Source of the DNA: Owenia fusiformis
Taxonomy: Eukaryota
Reading direction: 5' to 3'
DNA: 64,000 nt
Assembly (NCBI GenBank): GCA_903813345.2
Contig: CAIIXF020000001.1
Span: 37,944,001 to 38,008,000 of the forward strand
Position numbers and translations under genes: made by a program. This document shows positions 60,756 to 64,000 of this stretch, one piece after another. Position 1 is the stretch's first letter, and each line of letters opens with the position of its first letter. A model generated the notes under the pieces. That model was not told the origin of the DNA and made no database searches. It saw nothing but the letters and a program-made list of their open reading frames with translations.

Positions 60756-60961
60756 CAGTGATCTCCTCAGGATTTTTTCTCAGGTGGGTGGAAAAGTCTC
60801 ATTTTCACAATTCAGAACAAAATTGGTCAAAATATGCCAATTTTTCATGAATTTTCTCATTTTCATGTGGGTGCAAATAGATTTTCAGGTGGGTGCAACT
60901 CTGATATCAAAATCTCAGGTGGGTGCTGCGCCCACTTGCTATAATGCTGGGGAGATTACCG
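60756..60961. mobile_element. Short MITE with 5-bp TSD
   Basis: AGTAT flanks, CAGTGATCTCCTCAG ... CTGGGGAGATTACCG, internal TCAGGTGGGTG repeats. Confidence 0.65.
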
Positions 60962-61354
60962 AGTATTGTGTGTCATATTGGTGAAGCAATTTAAACATCA
61001 ACTGTGTAGTCTCCAATGTTATAAGAAGGACTTTGTATATCTTATAACAAATAACACCTCATTGTTGAAATCTATGATTTTCCAGAATAAGGTATGAACC
61101 TTTTGGATTTTTGGGAAATAGTCATGGGATAACAAGGATGAATCTTGAAAAGGATGTTTGCTATCTCTTGATTATACCTCTTATTACGATTTCATCATGA
61201 CAAATTACAACAAGGCATTTACATAAACAAATGTCACCACCTGGGTGCACACAGTATTATAATAAGGTGAAAACTTATCTATCTGTAAGTGCCTTGATTC
61301 AATGCCATGATAACCAAAATTGCTGCAACTCTGAAGATTCTATAACATGCCTAT

Positions 61355-63602
61355 TAGTGTGGGAGCAAAAGTCCAAATAAGAGGTTCCGTGTCCTTTTTA
61401 GAGGCGAGCTAAGCGACATATGTTTTCATGAACTAGAAGTGATACTGATCAATAAAAAATGATGTTGGCAATTCTGAATCCGCGACGGCGTTGCTATGGT
61501 AACCAAGTAAATATGCCACGCCCACTTTTAGGGGCTCTTTTCAGTGTATGGCCCCTATCTCTGTCATTATTGCTCAGATTTAGATGAAACTCACACCAAA
61601 TGGAAGATAATGGATAATGCAATCAGGAAATATTAAGTTGACAATTCTGAATCAACGATGGCGTTGCTATGGTAACAAAGTAAATATCCCACACCCACTT
61701 TTAGAGGCTCTTTTCAGTGTTTGGTCCCTACCTTCGTCAATATTGCTCAGATTCAGGTGACATTTGTACCAAATGAAAAGTCATGGAAAGAGCAATCAAA
61801 CGGTTTAAAAAATATGCAAATAAGGTGATTTGCATATTAATTATGACGTCATAACCGTTTGTTCTTGCATATTTTATTTTAATCATGATGTATAAATCTG
61901 GGAAATTATTGTCTTTAAAATGGTCAGTAATGCTTTTAAGTATTGTAGTTAATTGATTTATTTCTTTTCGTTGAGTTTATTAGTTTATTTCATTCATACA
62001 TGTATGGTCATAAAAAATTGAAGAAATGTAATGAAAATATCCAATTCAAGCTGTTGCTATGGTAACAGTATGTTGCAAAACTATCTGCTGTGAAACAATT
62101 CTTTGGGAAATGTTACATTTTGACTAGTTGACTGACATGTATTCCTTCTTAAATTTGATGGCTGGCAGAAAATAATCTAATAACGATAGAAAATTATCTA
62201 ATTAGGATTGTGTTATATTATGATGTCATAATGGCAATTATTAATCAGGGGTGCAACCAGCTTTCAATCAGGGGGGGGGTGCGATATCGGCATAAGCAAC
62301 TCAAAAAAAGTTTAAATATGACTTGAAATTTATAAAAATTCCTTCAAAATTGAGCTAGAAGCTTCAAGTCAAAAGCATTTTAAAAGCTCTTCTGCTGAAA
62401 GAACAATGGAAATGACGGCTTGGATCTCCTGCTGTAATGGTTCTATTTTTATTGGTTAATGGGGGGGGGGGGGGGGTGCCCGAATCACACCACCTGACTA
62501 TGTCTATGTTTCCTATTGTATTCAGGTGAATATGCCATCCCCACTTTTCAGGTGTTTTCCAAAGTCTTGATTCTGTCAGTTGTCATGATGATAGCTCTAA
62601 TGTATATGAATTTTTCATCAAATGGAAACTAAAGAATCAGACAATGCATGGGAAATGTAGAATGACAGACTGATATACCTGTTATGGTATGACTACCAAA
62701 GCTGTTTTCGTGATTATTTTCTTGATGATTCCAAATTGGTATCTTGTCCTTTGAAATTCACCATAAAAGTAGGTCAAAGCTGAAAACTATGATTGGTTTA
62801 CATTCTATTTCTTTACATGTATAGAGTATGATCAAGAAATATTATTGGCGATTCTAAATCTGCGATGCTGTTGCTATGGTAACCAAGTAAATATGCCACG
62901 CCCATTTTTAGGGGCTGTTTTCAGTGTTTGGCCCCCATCTCCACCATTATTGCTCAGATTTTGACAAAATTCAGACCAAATTGAAAGGAATAGATAATGC
63001 AATCAGAAGATATTAAGTTGACAATTCAAGATGATTCCAAATTGGTATCTTGTCCTTTGAAATTCACCATAAAAGTAGGTCAAAGCTGAAAACTATGATT
63101 GGTTTACATTCTATTTCTGTTTATGTATAGAGTATGATCAAGAAATATTATTGGCGATTCTAAATCAACGATGGCGTTGCTATGGTAACAAAGTAAATAT
63201 GCCCACCCACTTTTAGGGGCTCTTTTCAGTGTTTGGCCCTTATCTTCTTCATTATTGCTCAGATTTAGATGAAATTTGCACCAAATCAAAAGTAATAGAT
63301 AGGGCAATCAGACGGTTAGTAAACTATGCAAATAGAATTATTTGCATATTGATTATGACGTCATAAATGTTTGTTCTTGCATATGTTATCTTAATCATGA
63401 TGTATTAATCTGTGAAATTATTGTCTTTAAAATAGTCAGTCATGCTTTTAACTAATTAATTAGTTTATTTCTTTAAGTTGAGTTCATACATTCATTCATA
63501 CTTGCATGGTCATAAAAACTGAATGAATCTAAAAATGTAATGAAAGTGTCCAATATATGCTGTTGCTATGGTTTCAGCACGTAGCAAAACTATCTGATGT
63601 AA
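61355..63602. mobile_element. Second copy (left part) of the Academ-like foldback element
   Basis: Starts TAGTGTGGGAGCAAAAGTCCAAATAAGAGG as at 24757 and is colinear with it until interrupted at ~63603. Confidence 0.85.
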
Positions 63603-64000
63603 AAACCAGAACAACGGCAACGCCAAAGCGTAGCAAATCCCATCGAACAGAAATGGCTGTCATTTTTACAAACGAAGCGCAAATATCATAAAACAACACA
63701 CCAGAAAGGCCACCATTTTCAAAATGGTTGCTCACTAGCCAAGTTGTCATCAGAAGAAATAATATGCTTTTAAGTAGCCACCTCTAAAATTTTTTGAAAA
63801 ATCGCACACGTACTTGTAAAATAACACACGTAAAAATGGTGGCCATTTTTCAAAATGGCCGACTACTCCCCAAAGTTTTATTAGACAATGTGCCATGCTT
63901 AAAGTATTCACATATCAAATATGAACAAAATCGCTCCACTACTTTTCGAGTTATAGTAAAATACGTTAAATGGCGGCCATTTTTCAAAATGGCCACCTTC
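63603..64000 (+). mobile_element. Helentron/HINE-like element (same family as 13598-14465) inserted in the foldback; runs off the window
   Basis: AACCAGAACAACGGCAACGCCAAAGCGTAGCAAATCCCATCGAACAG is the reverse complement of ~14418-14465, and the internal repeats are the same. Confidence 0.8.

Overview
AT-rich, intron-rich eukaryotic (animal) genomic DNA, most likely from a marine invertebrate. This is inferred from protostome-type TLRs and the repeat families; the species cannot be identified. Five protein-coding loci were reconstructed by reading splice sites and reading frames. (1) The 5' part of an RS/RD-rich nuclear protein on the minus strand, with BCLAF1/THRAP3-like motifs. (2) Head-to-head with it, an unusually long (~480 aa) GTSF1/Asterix-type double CHHC zinc-finger gene that ends in a PYM/eIF2A-like C-terminal helical hairpin. 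(3, 4) Two tandem single-exon Toll-like receptors that both carry His instead of the BB-loop Pro, plus a decayed remnant of a third copy. (5) A Disabled (Dab) PTB endocytic adaptor with a 3.7-kb DPF-rich exon that contains an internal alternative donor. Introns and intergenic DNA are packed with non-autonomous DNA transposons: long foldback elements, Helentron-like tandem-repeat elements, a decayed mariner and small MITEs. Several are nested and several carry transcription-factor-like motifs. All gene models and family assignments are by eye, with no database search or RNA evidence.
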